Source: Gracilinanus agilis (taxonomy: Eukaryota). Taken from it: a stretch of 64,000 bases of DNA. Below are positions 22,701-33,956 of this stretch, piece after piece. Numbering within the stretch: the first letter of the stretch is position 1; each line of letters begins with the position of its first letter. Below the pieces are notes generated by a model that was given only the letters and a program-made list of their open reading frames with translations, did no database searches and was not told the DNA's origin. Both the position numbers and the translations under genes were made by a program. Where the stretch lies: contig NC_058133.1 in NCBI RefSeq assembly GCF_016433145.1, positions 166,635,844-166,699,843 on the forward strand, written 5' to 3'.

Positions 22701-25700
22701 TCAAGAGTTCATCTTGTTCCCAAATTTCATTCCTCCGTAACCTCAGTCCCTCTCCCTTAGGGTCTCCTCTGTTTTCTCCCTTCCCCCTTCCTTTAAAAAA
22801 AAAAAAAAAAAGCCTTGTCCAGCTCCCTCTCCTGGTGGTTTCAAAACCCCTGACTCTCCTCCCCTACTGTTCTCAGTAACCTCTGGCTCTTTTCCCCCAG
22901 TGTTTTTCCCAACCATAACTTTTGAAAATCCTTCATTTCAGTTTCTTTACTCAGTCCCCCGACCCCACCCCATTTCCCTCCTGTGATCCTACCCACAAAA
23001 TCAGTTTAGTTGAATGCAGTCTTGACCTCTGATTCTTTGGTCCAGGTGTTCCTAGAGGTTTTAGAAGGACCCACGGACCCCTCAAAAAGCCTGTTGCACA
23101 TCCGGGCTGTGGGAGCCAATTCTACCATTCACTACATCTGGAGCAACCTGGGACCCCCTGCCGTTCTCTTTGTGGCCACAAGCACCCCTAACAGTGTTCT
23201 GAATGTTGACTGGAAGGACCTGCTGTCTCCAGAACCTGAAAGGAGTTTGGTCGTGCTCCCTGCTGATAGTGTTCAATTTTCCTCAGCCCTCATCTTCCCC
23301 AGGGTGAGGAGACTGAGGGAGAAACCTTCAGCTTGAGGGTATAAGCTGAAAATGGTGGGGTGGCTCAGAGGTCAGAGTAAAGATTTGGAATCTGGGAGTG
23401 TTAGACCTGTTGGCCAGAAGGGTAGAAAATAGTCGTTTAAGAATGAGCAGGACTCAAATGAAAACTCAGCCTTCCATTTCTTTTCTTATCTGTCAGCTGT
23501 TTGAGTTTGACAGTACCAACAGTTCAGAAGTAAAGGAACAATCCCCAGGAAAGCCCTACCCACCCTATCTGCTGGCTGACTTCTCCTGGGATGATATCAC
23601 ACTAGACTTAACTACGTTGAGTGCCACTTTCCAGGGTCATCCTTCAAAGGATCCCTTGGGAACCTTCACCAATGGCAGCCTGGCTTTCAAGGTGAGGGAC
23701 AGGACCAAGTAACTAAAATGGAGTTTATCCAGGGTTGGGGAGAGATTTCTTGCCATCACTGTCTTTTGTAGATAGATGGAGGCACTGTGGTTTGATATGG
23801 GGAGTGGGGGTGTCTTCTGTTTTGGCCTCATCCTCTTGGCTTCTTTTTCACTGAACCTCCTCTCCTCCCTCCAACCCTAGGTTAGTGCTTTCTCTGGTTC
23901 TGGTCGCCAAGCCCATCTCCCTGGACTCCTGCATACAGCAGACACCACCCAGCTAGAACTGGTTCTGGATGGAGCTGCTCCTCGAGGAAACCACTCCCTA
24001 TTCGGCCTGGAGGTGGCAACTCCAGTTTTGGATTCTGAGTGCCCCCAGCTGAAGGAGCAGGAATCCATTGATGATGAATATTGTCCTTCAATTTTCCAGG
24101 TCAGGCTTTCTTGAGAGGGAATATAGATATGGGAGCCTATTAGGGATGGTTATCAAAGCAAGATCAAGGGAATGACTAGACTTTAGAATGATAGAATAAT
24201 AAATCATGTAACCTGTCTAGCCTATTCCAATTTACAAAGTACTTTCACAGACCTCACCAGATCACTGTGACACTAAGCAGCGTAATCTCCATTTAACGAA
24301 TCAGTAAGGAAACTCTTGTTTTTAAGAAATGCAAATGATTTGCTTCAAATCACACAGTTAACATCAGATAAAAAATTTGAACCTTTGTTCAAGATAGCTT
24401 GGATAGAGTGCTAGGCCTGGAGTCAAGGAGACCTGAGTTCAAATCCAGAATTGAACACTTCCTAGCTATGTGGCCCTGGACAAGTCACTTAACCTGTTTG
24501 GCTCAGTTTCCTCATCTGTAAAATGGAGTCAAAATAATAGCATCTGCCTCCCGAGGTTGTTATGAGAATCAAATTAAATAATTGTAAACTGCTTGGCACA
24601 CGATAAGAGCTATGAAAATTCTCTCCTATTTCCTTGGAAATGAGTGAAAGTAAAGAATCAATAATGAGAGTAGCTAGGTGGTTCAATGGATAGAGTACCA
24701 GACCTGGAAATGGGAGTCCTGGTCTCAAATTTGACCACAGATACTTCCTAGCTGTGTGACACCCCCCCCCCCCCTTACAACCCCTACAATCTTACCCACC
24801 ACCCACCAGGCAAGTCACTTAATCCTGTTTATCTGTCTTTGCCCTTATGTCTTAGAGTTGTTACTAAGACAGAAAATAAGGGATTTTTTAAAGGGAAAAT
24901 AAAGAGTTAGTAATGACTCTTAGGTTGCAAACTGAAAGAATACTCAGGGACATTAGTTCAGTTTTGGATATAGTGAGTTTAAAATGCCTGTGGTATATCC
25001 AAGTAAAGACAACCAGCAAGTAGTTGGAGATTTAGGGCTCAGAAAGAAATAAGGGCCAGATAGGTAGCATTACATGTCATCCCTATTGAGATAATAGTTA
25101 AGCCCACGGAAGCTAACCTTTTTCTCTCAAGTGAAATGTGTGTAAAGCACTTTTCAAAACCTTAAAATGTTCTATAAATGTCACCATGCATTCCCTACCC
25201 TTTGTACTACAAATAGGGGATAGTAGATAGAAAGGAGATGCACAGAGGTATAGAGTGGGGAGGTTTTAGAAGGGTAGATAATAAAGAGTCCCTTTTCAGA
25301 TCAGGACTCTTTCCTCCTATACCCTAACTCTTTCCTTTTAGTTGGAACAGCTACTGTGGCATTCCTCACCAGGCAGCTTCTTACAGTGGCGGCCAATAGC
25401 CTTCTCACAGAAGCAACTAAATTGGAAAACAGCTCTATCCTGCTCAGTATCACCTCCTGGCCCCACCTTGACCACCCTACTTCCCCAGTCACCTATTGTC
25501 AGAGCCTTCTTTGGCCCCTCTGTTAATTTCTGCACCTTCAACCTGACATTTGGAAACTCTTCTAATTTCGCCTATGAAGACCATCGATACCTCAGTTGGT
25601 AAGAAGTAGGACCTGGGAAAGGGAAAGGGAATTCTCAGTTGGGCAGGTGGCTAGTGAAGAGAGGGTATGGGTTTATGGGAGTTGATGAATGAATAAGGAA

Positions 25701-25917
25701 TAAAGCCAAAGCTTCCTTTCTCTTTCTTCCTTCTTCTCCATCTCCTAGGTCAGCTCTCTTGGGTATAGGAATCCCTCCAGTGGATTCCTTCTCTCCTATG
25801 ATCCTGGGAATCATGGTGGTGGTTCTGGGGGCCCCTGGACTTCTGCTAGTAGGAGGTGGCCTGAGCCTTCTGCTGTATCGACATAGACGCTATTCAGAGT
25901 ATGAACCAATCAACTGA
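22294..25917 (+). CDS. GLMP: Glycosylated lysosomal membrane protein (C1orf85/NCU-G1), complete 6-exon CDS, 405 aa
   Basis: Exons 22294-22413, 23046-23303, 23497-23691, 23881-24099, 25342-25598, 25749-25917 total 1218 nt. Hydrophobic signal peptide, [28 protein letters not shown]-terminal TM segment and YEPIN* (YxxPhi sorting motif); syntenic position. Confidence 0.97.
23046..23303 (+). CDS. GLMP: GLMP exon 2
   Basis: ccag|GTG TTC...CCC AGG|gtgag; 258 nt. Confidence 0.95.
23497..23691 (+). CDS. GLMP: GLMP exon 3
   Basis: tcag|CTG TTT GAG...TTC AAG|gtgag; LFEFDSTN...PYPPY...NGSLAFK. Confidence 0.95.
23881..24099 (+). CDS. GLMP: GLMP exon 4
   Basis: ctag|GTT AGT GCT...TTC CAG|gtcag; LLHTADT...[14 protein letters not shown]...SIDDEY. 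Confidence 0.95.
24668..24900 (+). mobile_element. SINE1_Mdo-type SINE with an internal poly-C expansion
   Basis: A/B boxes; C-run near 24762-24774 splits the gtgtgac...ggcaagtcac core. Confidence 0.75.
25342..25598 (+). CDS. GLMP: GLMP exon 5
   Basis: ttag|TTG GAA CAG...AGT TG|gtaag; [10 protein letters not shown]...[12 protein letters not shown]...FNLTFG. Confidence 0.95.
25749..25917 (+). CDS. GLMP: GLMP exon 6 (TM helix and tail)
   Basis: ctag|G TCA GCT...ATC AAC TGA; ends [12 protein letters not shown]. Confidence 0.95.
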
Positions 25918-26435
25918 GGGCCTGACATCCCCCAGATGCCTTTCCAGATCCTCCTCCCTACACCATACGAGGGTGAGAGCAAGGATACATCTTGGAATAA
26001 GGAAATGAAGACATCCTGCCTCCTATTCCTCTGTTTCTGGCCCCTTGTCTTCATCCTAATGCCAATGTCCCTAACTCCTTTCCTTGTTTGTAACACAGCC
26101 TTCAAACCTCAGTTTCTTCAGGTCTTCCCTGGACAAAGGGAGAGCAAGAAAACTGGTCAATGATGAAAGGGAGATGGGATACCTAGCCTATAGCCTAATA
26201 TTGACCTTCTTGGACTCACTTTCCTCCCATTCTCTTCTAGTATTTGGATTTCAAGTGTGAGCCTTATCCCAGAATCAAATCATTAAGAAACCCTGATTTT
26301 GGGGTTCCTAAAGAGGTGAAGATGAAATATATACTTATTTTTTCACCATGCTATAGAGTCTCTTAGTGTGTGTTGAGGGAGGAGGATAGAGGTGGGTTAG
26401 GGAAAAAGCCTATTAGAGAAAGTCTACCAGAGGAC

Positions 26436-26441
26436 ATTAAA
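26436..26441 (+). terminator. Candidate GLMP polyadenylation signal ATTAAA
   Basis: First AATAAA/ATTAAA hexamer I could find after the GLMP stop. Confidence 0.45.
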
Positions 26442-27024
26442 TCTCCCTGTCGTCATTGGGAGCCCCATGCCCCAAACGTATGACGTGAGTGCTGTGCATC
26501 AGTTTTCTGATAGTTTGATCTGAGCAAAAAGACTTCTTTAAAAAGGAAGAAATAGAAAAATAATATGGTGATTTACTCCATCCCTACTACCCCTCTCCCC
26601 AATATCACTGTTTACAAATGAACCAGTCTTAAAACTTATCCCTCCCTGTTGTACTCTCCCAACATCTAAATACCTCATTGTCACATCTCACTTTGCCACT
26701 CATTGATAAATGGGATACAATGGCAGCCTAAGTTAGGAGGGGAAGAATGGCAACCCAGCCAAAACAAGGAAATTGGAACTGTTTAGACTTAGTTTACAAT
26801 CAGTGGTTATGGGCAGGAATAGACCTAGAGGTTATGACATCTAATGCTCTCATCTTACCAGTGAGAAGCAAAATGAGAGGTTATGACTTGTTTTCTTCTA
26901 GCTAAGATAAAAAGGTCACTAAGGGGATATTTGGAGGGAGCCCAAAGTTAAGACCTGCCCTTCTCAGGTCCTGATAAAAAAATTTCCATTAACTTACAGA
27001 ACCCCTGCTTCTGTTTCAAAATGA

Positions 27025-27030
27025 TTTATT
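27025..27030 (-). terminator. TMEM79 polyadenylation signal AATAAA
   Basis: TTTATT on + strand about 410 nt past the TMEM79 stop. Confidence 0.7.
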
Positions 27031-27437
27031 AAGTTATTCCACAAGTTCTCTCTTGAGCCAATTAAGATCTAAAAAAAGTCAGGGATTTTGCTTTCCCTAA
27101 TTCTATTCTCTCCTCTAGAAGGCAAGAATTCTTCCCACTAAAGCTACAGAAAAATCAAGGCAGTAACAGGCCTCAAGAGACATTAGGTTGAAGTAGCCAG
27201 AGGCAATATAAGACCTTGGCTATGTGAGTTCTTGCTTCCTCCACCTACCACCCACCCCAACATCAAAGTCAAGGATCGGCAAGCTGCAAAAGCAGCTGGT
27301 TCAAAGGTCATGATCCAGGAAGTCAAAGGACAAAGATGGTATATCCAGAGTCCATTCAGTGAAGAGTTCTGGATCATCTCAGTTCCTTAGGGCTTGGGGG
27401 TTAATGGGAGAACATCAACAGTAGGCAGGATTGGGTA

Positions 27438-27648
27438 TCACCCCCAGAGATGTGGCTTGTAGTCAGCAGCTCGAGCATGGTCTGGGTAGTCAAGTCGACT
27501 TTCAGTGGCAGTGAACATACGCTCAGGCTCCACCAGGAACATGTAGTAAAGGTTCCACACCAACATAGAGAGCAGTGGCAGAAAGGTCAGCCCATAGCCA
27601 AAGCCCCGGAAGGATCGGCCCACTGCAAAAGTCAACCAATACACCAGC
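27438..27648 (-). CDS. TMEM79: TMEM79 terminal coding exon
   Basis: ctcccag|G CTG GTG TAT TGG...TGG GGG TGA. Confidence 0.96.
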
Positions 27649-30600
27649 CTGGGAGAGAAAACCAGAGAATCTCATATTTGGAGGGGACTCTGCTTGAAGA
27701 TCTCCAATGAGAAGTAATTCGATAACTCCTGAAGGAGCTCGTTTATTTGGATAATTCTAAATGTCAGGATGTTTTGGTTTGCCTCAAAAGAATTAAGCTC
27801 CTAAAACTCAAAACTGCATTATGACTTGGTTGGCTTGGGAGGATTTTCGGTGTGGTTCCAGCTTTTGATGCTACTACACCTCCATCTTAGCTCTGCCCCT
27901 CCACTATGATTTTGGGGACCCCCCCCCAATAAAATCTAATCTGCCTCCCTGCCTAGTTCTTGCTGGACTTTGGAAGAAAGTAGGCCTGACCTTTCTTCCA
28001 CACAATAGCTCTACAAATATTTGAGGACAGCTATCATGTCTCTTTTTCTTCTCTTATCTAGGTTAAGCGTCCCCAATTCCTTATATGGTCTAGTTTTCAG
28101 TTCTCTTACCATCTTAATCACCCTGCTCTAGACTCTATTCAGCTTGACATTGTCTTTCCTAAGAGGCGGCATCCAAAACTGAACATAATACTGCATGTAC
28201 CACCTAACCAGGGCAGAATACAGCTGGGTGATCACATTCTTCATTCTGGGCACAAAGTTTTTATTAATGTAGCCCAAGAACATATTATCTTTTGGCAGCT
28301 TTTTGCAGTCTCTAAAAATGCCAGGTCTTTTTCATATGATTGTTGTCCAGCCACCCAGTCCTATATTTGTAGTTTATTATTTTTTTAAAAATTCAAGGAT
28401 AGGGTTTTGTTTCTATTAAATTTTATCTAAATTTCAAATAATTATACTCAATGAATATTTGAACTCCCTGAAAATCTTTAGCCAACATGTTAACTAGGCT
28501 TTCCAGTTTCAATTCATCCTCAGATTTGATTAAATATTTATGTCTTGGGTTAAACTGATGAAAAATTAGATAGAGCAGCAGGCCTGGTGTCAGAAGAACC
28601 TGGGTTCAAATATAGTCTCAAACACTAACTGTGACCTTGGGCAAGTCACTTAACTCCAATTGCCTAGCCCTTTCCACTTTTGTCTTTAAAACAGATACTG
28701 ACAGAAGGTAAGGGTTTTGTTTTGTTTTGTTTTGTTTTTGTAAGTCTTTAGCCAAGGCATTGGCTCTGTTTCACATTTCTAGGAGGGCCAAGGAAAGATT
28801 GAAGGGGTACTCCACTAGAGAGAGAAAAGCAATGAAGGGATCAAGGTTTCAGGATGAAAACCATTGCCACCCCAATTCCTCATAATGTAAGTGTGGTAGG
28901 AGGTTAAGGTTAATTGAGTTGTGTCTGAGGTCATATTTGAACCCAGGACCTCCCATCTCTGGGTTTTGGCTTTCAATCCACAGAGCCACCTGGCCACCCC
29001 GTGGCATGCTACATTATTCTTGGTAAGAGACTAATAGCAAAGACAATGTATATGTCAGATTAATATACAGTGAAAAAGAAATGGATAATATTAGAATACT
29101 TCATGGAATTTCTGGGATACCCTGCATACACTGGAATCAAGTAATATATCTAGGAAGATAAGTGTCTCTGGAGCACTGGGGGCCTGGAGTAAGGAAGATC
29201 TGAATTCAAATCCAGCCTTAACTTAGGTGTGTGACCCTAGGCAAGTCACTTAAACTCTCTTTGCCTTAATCCACTAGAAAAGGAAATGGCAAACCACTCT
29301 ATCTTTGCCAAGAAAGCCCCATGGACAGTATGGTCCACAAGGCTGAATGAACAAGAAGATAGTTAATACATTGGAGATAGCTCAATGGAGTTTCAAAAAG
29401 AGCTTAACAGGCTTGAATTCAAAATTTAATGGAGACAAACGTAAAGCTCTGTATTTGGGTTAAAAAATGACACAAGTAGAAGATGGAGATTATAGGAGAC
29501 TTGGCTTAACAACAGTTCATGTGAAGAATGTGAGTTCAATGTGAGCTAACAATATGATATAGCAGCCAGAAAAGTGTGTTTTAAGGCTGAATTAATAGAT
29601 AGACGGGATCCTGAAGAAGGGATCCTCTTCTACCATACTAGGTGTATCAAATTCATTTCAGGCAACATTTTTTTTAAATGGCATACACTGACAAACTAGA
29701 ATGTATCAAAAGAAGGATGATTAAAATGGTATGGGATCTAGAAATCATCCTACATAATCATTCTTCTGAACCATTTCAATGGAGATGTTTCTCCCAGAAA
29801 AGAATACTTCCAGAAGGCATGAGAGCCCTAGTCTGCACTTTTATACCTGAACAGCTGCCACTTGAGAAAGGGAATAAATGTGTTTGCTGTCTGTCTAGAG
29901 AGGGCTTGCTGTAAAGAAGAATTTTCTAATGTTTAAAATTGTCTAGGTCTTCCCCTTCCCCAACCTTTTTATGGGTTGTACAAATGCCCAGTTCACCCCT
30001 AACTCACCGAGATATGGCGAAGAGGCCAGTGAGCAGGGGTAGCAGCTTGAGGGTATCCTGGGGCAGGTAAGTGGCAAGTACAGCCAGGTTGAAGAAATAG
30101 AGGATGAAAAGCTGGACAGACTGAGTCACGTATCGCCTGTGGATTTCAACTTCTCTCTGTTGTTCCCCAAAGGGATGAAGTGCAGAAAAACACAAGAGAG
30201 ACAGGCCGTAGACGAGAAGCCCTGGATTAAGAGAGAATGGGGAAAATATGAAGGCAATGGAGAAGAAAGAAGAGGGGGAGAGACTGGGAAATGTCTCAAA
30301 AGAAAAAATAATGGGAAAGGATCAAGGAAAAGCAGAAAGATAAAAGAATAGGGCTTCTGGGAAAAGGAGCATAAAGAGATGAGGTAATGTGCCACTTGGG
30401 CACAATTGGTCCAGGGACTTGGGAAGAGTAAATGCATAGAAAGCTGGAGTGGGGATTGGGGTGCAGGGTGAATATAAACATGGAAATAGGAGGTGAGAAA
30501 GTGTTATGTGGAGGAGTCCAAAAACAGAATAAGAAAAGGGGGGGTTTAAGATCTGAATTATAAGTCAGACATGCTTGAAAGAAGTAGCACTGGAAAAGTC

Positions 30601-30744
30601 AAAATCTCTGTCTCATAATTTTGATGAGCCTAGATCCCATTCCTAAACATTCCCACATCCCATTTTTAGATGCCCCACTATGCCCACATTTCTAGATGCC
30701 CCACTATGCCCACACAACATGTGCTTAGAGGTGCATAGGCACAC

Positions 30745-30781
<37 letters not shown>

Positions 30782-31595
30782 TTCTTTTCTGTACCAGATC
30801 AAGCTCGTTCACCCTCCCTGGAAAGCCAGACTTACCACAGTGCCCCCTGAGATGCCTATTCCCTACCCCCAAATACTCACCTAAAATTATGGGAAAAGTG
30901 GCAAATACCCCACATCGGAGTGTGTAGACAAGTCGAGAACTCATGGTGGGCAGCCGGGGCGCATCAAAAGGCAGGAAGGCATAAGCTCCATATAACAGGC
31001 AGGGGAAGAAGATAAGAGCAGCCCCAAAAGAGGCCACAGCCCTCAATCCCTCACGGCCACAGCCTCCACAACTCCTGCAGTGAGCAGGGGGTGCAACTGC
31101 TGCCTCTGCCCATTTCCGTTCAGGGGGATCTGACCGAGCAGCTCGAGGCAACAGAAAGGCTTGGCATTCACCCTCAACCTTTTTGTCACAGTGGACAATG
31201 AGTTCTTCTTGAGGCCTCCTCTCAATGCACTGTGGGTCAATTGGAACAAATGCTCGGGCTGCTTGCTCAGGCATCAGGTTAATATCTTCCTCAGCTGACT
31301 CTTCAGGCTTATGGGGCAGCTCTGTCAGAATGGGCTCTTTATCACATCCCTGCCAACCAGGGGAGTCTGGGAAGGGGGCACTGGGTTCGGGGCCAGTACC
31401 TAATGATGTTCTCACCCAGGGCAAAGTAGTAGCTTCACTGCCCACCTTGCCCATCTCATTCTCACAAGGGGCAAGCTCTTCCCCTTCTTCCTCCTCAGGT
31501 CTAAGTCCATTAGGGATGAGGGGTTGGGGTAAATTCTTCTCAAGGGTTTCTTGCCCCTTTACCTCCAGCAGAGCCAGTGTCTCGGGTTCTGTCAT
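27438..31595 (-). CDS. TMEM79: Transmembrane protein 79 (mattrin), 3 coding exons, 379 aa
   Basis: Minus-strand exons 31595-30881, 30221-30008, 27648-27438 total 1140 nt. [13 protein letters not shown]...[14 protein letters not shown]...[25 protein letters not shown]|[13 protein letters not shown]...SR|[19 protein letters not shown]...PHLWG*. Confidence 0.98.
27960..28560 (-). mobile_element. L3/CR1 fragment in TMEM79 intron
   Basis: CR1-like blocks (atccaaaactgaacataatact...cagggcagaatacagc); approximate. Confidence 0.55.
28812..29000 (-). mobile_element. SINE1_Mdo-like SINE, inverted relative to the + copy at about 28577-28740
   Basis: atatttgaacccagg is complementary to cctgggttcaaatat in the neighbouring copy. 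Confidence 0.7.
29360..29930 (+). mobile_element. L3/CR1 3' fragment
   Basis: gacaaactagaatgtatcaaaagaaggatgattaaaatgg is typical of the CR1 ORF2 C-terminal region; approximate. Confidence 0.6.
30008..30221 (-). CDS. TMEM79: TMEM79 second coding exon
   Basis: atccag|GG CTT CTC...TCT CG|gtgag; 214 nt. Confidence 0.96.
30661..30712. repeat. 26-bp tandem duplication (25/26 identical)
   Basis: cattt(t/c)tagatgccccactatgccca x2. Confidence 0.9.
30747..30776. repeat. (AC)15 microsatellite
   Basis: Read directly. Confidence 0.95.
30881..31595 (-). CDS. TMEM79: TMEM79 first coding exon (CDS part); acceptor near 31657
   Basis: ORF 31595->; donor TTA G|gtgagt at 30880; polypyrimidine ccttctgttcttcccag acceptor upstream on the minus strand. 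Confidence 0.96.
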
Positions 31596-33766
31596 GCTGG
31601 GGCAATGAAGGGCCCAGATGCCTAGGTTCTGGGGAATAATACTGGATTTCTGTCACCCTGGGAAGAACAGAAGGAAAATCTGTTAAGAATCTTCTTCATC
31701 CATAAGGAGAGAGAGCATTAGGGCCAGTATTAGGGGAAAGGCTAGAGAGAATTAGGTCATTGCTCCTCTATGGTGGGCAGAGGTCCCCATACTCTCCATA
31801 TATTTTGCCTGTGTCATTAAGAAGAGCACCTGAGGGAAATGGTCTGTGGGAGATATCCCTGTTTCCCTGGAAATTTAATTTAGACCCCTTCTGACTTGAA
31901 AATTATATATGTATATATAAAACCTCTTCTCCTCTAGATCTTAGGAAGCATTGTGAGTTGGAAAGAAAAGTACGGAAATTGCAGAACGTGGGGAGGGAAA
32001 ATTGAAATGGAGTCACATTTTGGCATCATCTCAGCAAGGAAGGATGAGTCAGGGGGACAGAACCCAGACATTTATGCTAATCCAGGCCTCTCCCCTTCTT
32101 TCCTCCATTCCCAAAACTGTTGTGGTCACAGCCATGGCCATCCATATCTAAGAATAAATGGAGGATATGGTACCTTGAGCTCCTCCTTCTGCCTACCACC
32201 CCATGAGCTAGGAAGCCCCCCTTCCCACCCTTGTGCCCCTACTACTGCTAAGGATCTTTCCAGACATTTGGACAGCCATACCCTCTCTTTTCCCTTTGAA
32301 AATGAGATTCCCAACCTCTCTCCTTCCCAGAAAGTTCCCCCATACAGGATTATGTTGGACACCTGAGACGTGAACAGTACCCATAGAAAAAAGCCCAAGG
32401 TTTGGGGGTAGACAGGAATTCAGCCACAACTGCAACAGCCTATTCTGTCACTTGACCAACTTCCCATCTCATAGGTAAAATTTAAGGGTCCAATCTTTGT
32501 TCTCTTTGGAAATCTAATCACTGGACATTTCTTTCCTTCCTTTTCCTGTCTCTATTTTCCCTCCTCCTCTCCTCTCCCCCTTCCTTTTTTTTTTTTTTTC
32601 CAATTCCTCACCATTAACTCAAGTTTTCCATACCTCAACCGACCCCTCATACCCTGAACCCAGAAGGTCCCTTACTTTCCATCTGGAGAGATAGAAGGGA
32701 GATCCCAAGGCCCATCCGGGAAAAGAGCTGCTCCAGCTCCCCACTGGCTCTGCAGGTATATCTTCGTGTCTCCCTCCCTTTACCTGCAGCTCCAAACCTG
32801 TCTGACCAGAGCAGGTGGGGCTGGGATTAAAGGGGAAGGCCCCACCCTACAAAATCCTCCGACAGAAAAAAAGAGAAAGGGTCACTGTCCCTAAGGTGTA
32901 GGTGTGGCCACATTCAGTCTGCTTAGGAGTGGTCTATACTTGACTGGCTAGGAAAGGGCTAGCGGGGGAAGGGTTTGTGACTGTGTGCCCAAATTGGTTG
33001 GGACTGGGTGATGTTAATGTGGAATTTGTGGGTTCTGGCCTGTGAGAAGAAAAGGTTTGTTTTCCATTGCAACACTTTCCATCCTAGGACCCGGACTAAA
33101 TCACAAGGATGAATAAAGGTTGGACAACAACCAAGACCTCTCACATGGGGTTTTTGTAGAAGACACAGAAATGGGGGCGTGGAATAAAAGATCGCTTCCC
33201 TTTTCCAGAAGCTTTTAAAAGAACTGGAGAGAACCCTGTTTAGCTGGGCTAAACTGGACAAAGTTAAACTGAGCTGGGCTAGGTTGGGCTGAGCAAGAAG
33301 ACCAGTCAGGAATCAGAGGAATTGTGCATAAGATAACCTTTGGTTGGAGGTCATGTAACAGGAGATAAGGAGGGGGAAATCAATGTAATTAAATCATTGG
33401 AAGAAGAGGAGAGTCATCTACTTGAAACTGATCTTAAAAGCAAAAGAAAGGACTAAGTGACCACAGGAGAATACGGACACTGGCAGCCCTTCTGCTAGAG
33501 ACCTGACCGGCTCTACTCTCTCGGCTTCCGCCCTCTGCATTGTCTTCTGTCCTTCCCGTTGGTTTTGTCAATAAAGTTTTTGACATTGCGTGAGAAGCTA
33601 GAAAAGTGGCCATGTTGCCCAGAGTTAGTATTGGCAACTCCCAGTCCACCGGAAGAGACAGGATCTCGCGAGATCTGGCGACAGTGAAGTCGCTAGCGTG
33701 GTGGTGCTGTTCTCGCGAGATTTGGTGGCCGGAGGAGGAGCCGTCGCGGGCAGCCGCCTCACAGCG

Positions 33767-33853
33767 ATGGCGGCCGAGCAGGGCCGGCGGCGGTGGCGGC
33801 TGCGGCTGCGGCCGGAGACGGCGACGGTGGCGGCGGGTGGCGGGGGCTTATAA
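33767..33853 (+). other. Upstream ORF (28 aa) in the SMG5 5' leader
   Basis: cagcgATGGCG...TTA TAA; MAAEQGRRRWRLRLRPETATVAAGGGGL*; ends 29 nt before the main ATG. Confidence 0.7.
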
Positions 33854-33882
33854 CCGGGAGCCGCCCCCGGGCCCCGGGCACC

Positions 33883-33956
33883 ATGAGCCAGGGCCCCCCC
33901 GCAGCGGAGAGCAGTGAGCCCGAGGCCAAGGTCCTGCATACTAAGCGGCTTTACCG
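33883..33956 (+). CDS. SMG5: SMG5 exon 1
   Basis: ggcaccATGAGC...TAC CG|gtgag. Confidence 0.96.

Noticed and set aside
30678-31595. 305-aa ORF as a complete single-exon gene
   Set aside because: It is the first TMEM79 coding exon plus intronic read-through. A consensus donor at 30880 joins in frame to two downstream exons.
33241-33296. GAGCT/GGGCT pentamers resembling Ig switch repeats
   Set aside because: Only about 55 bp and a few units; chance level
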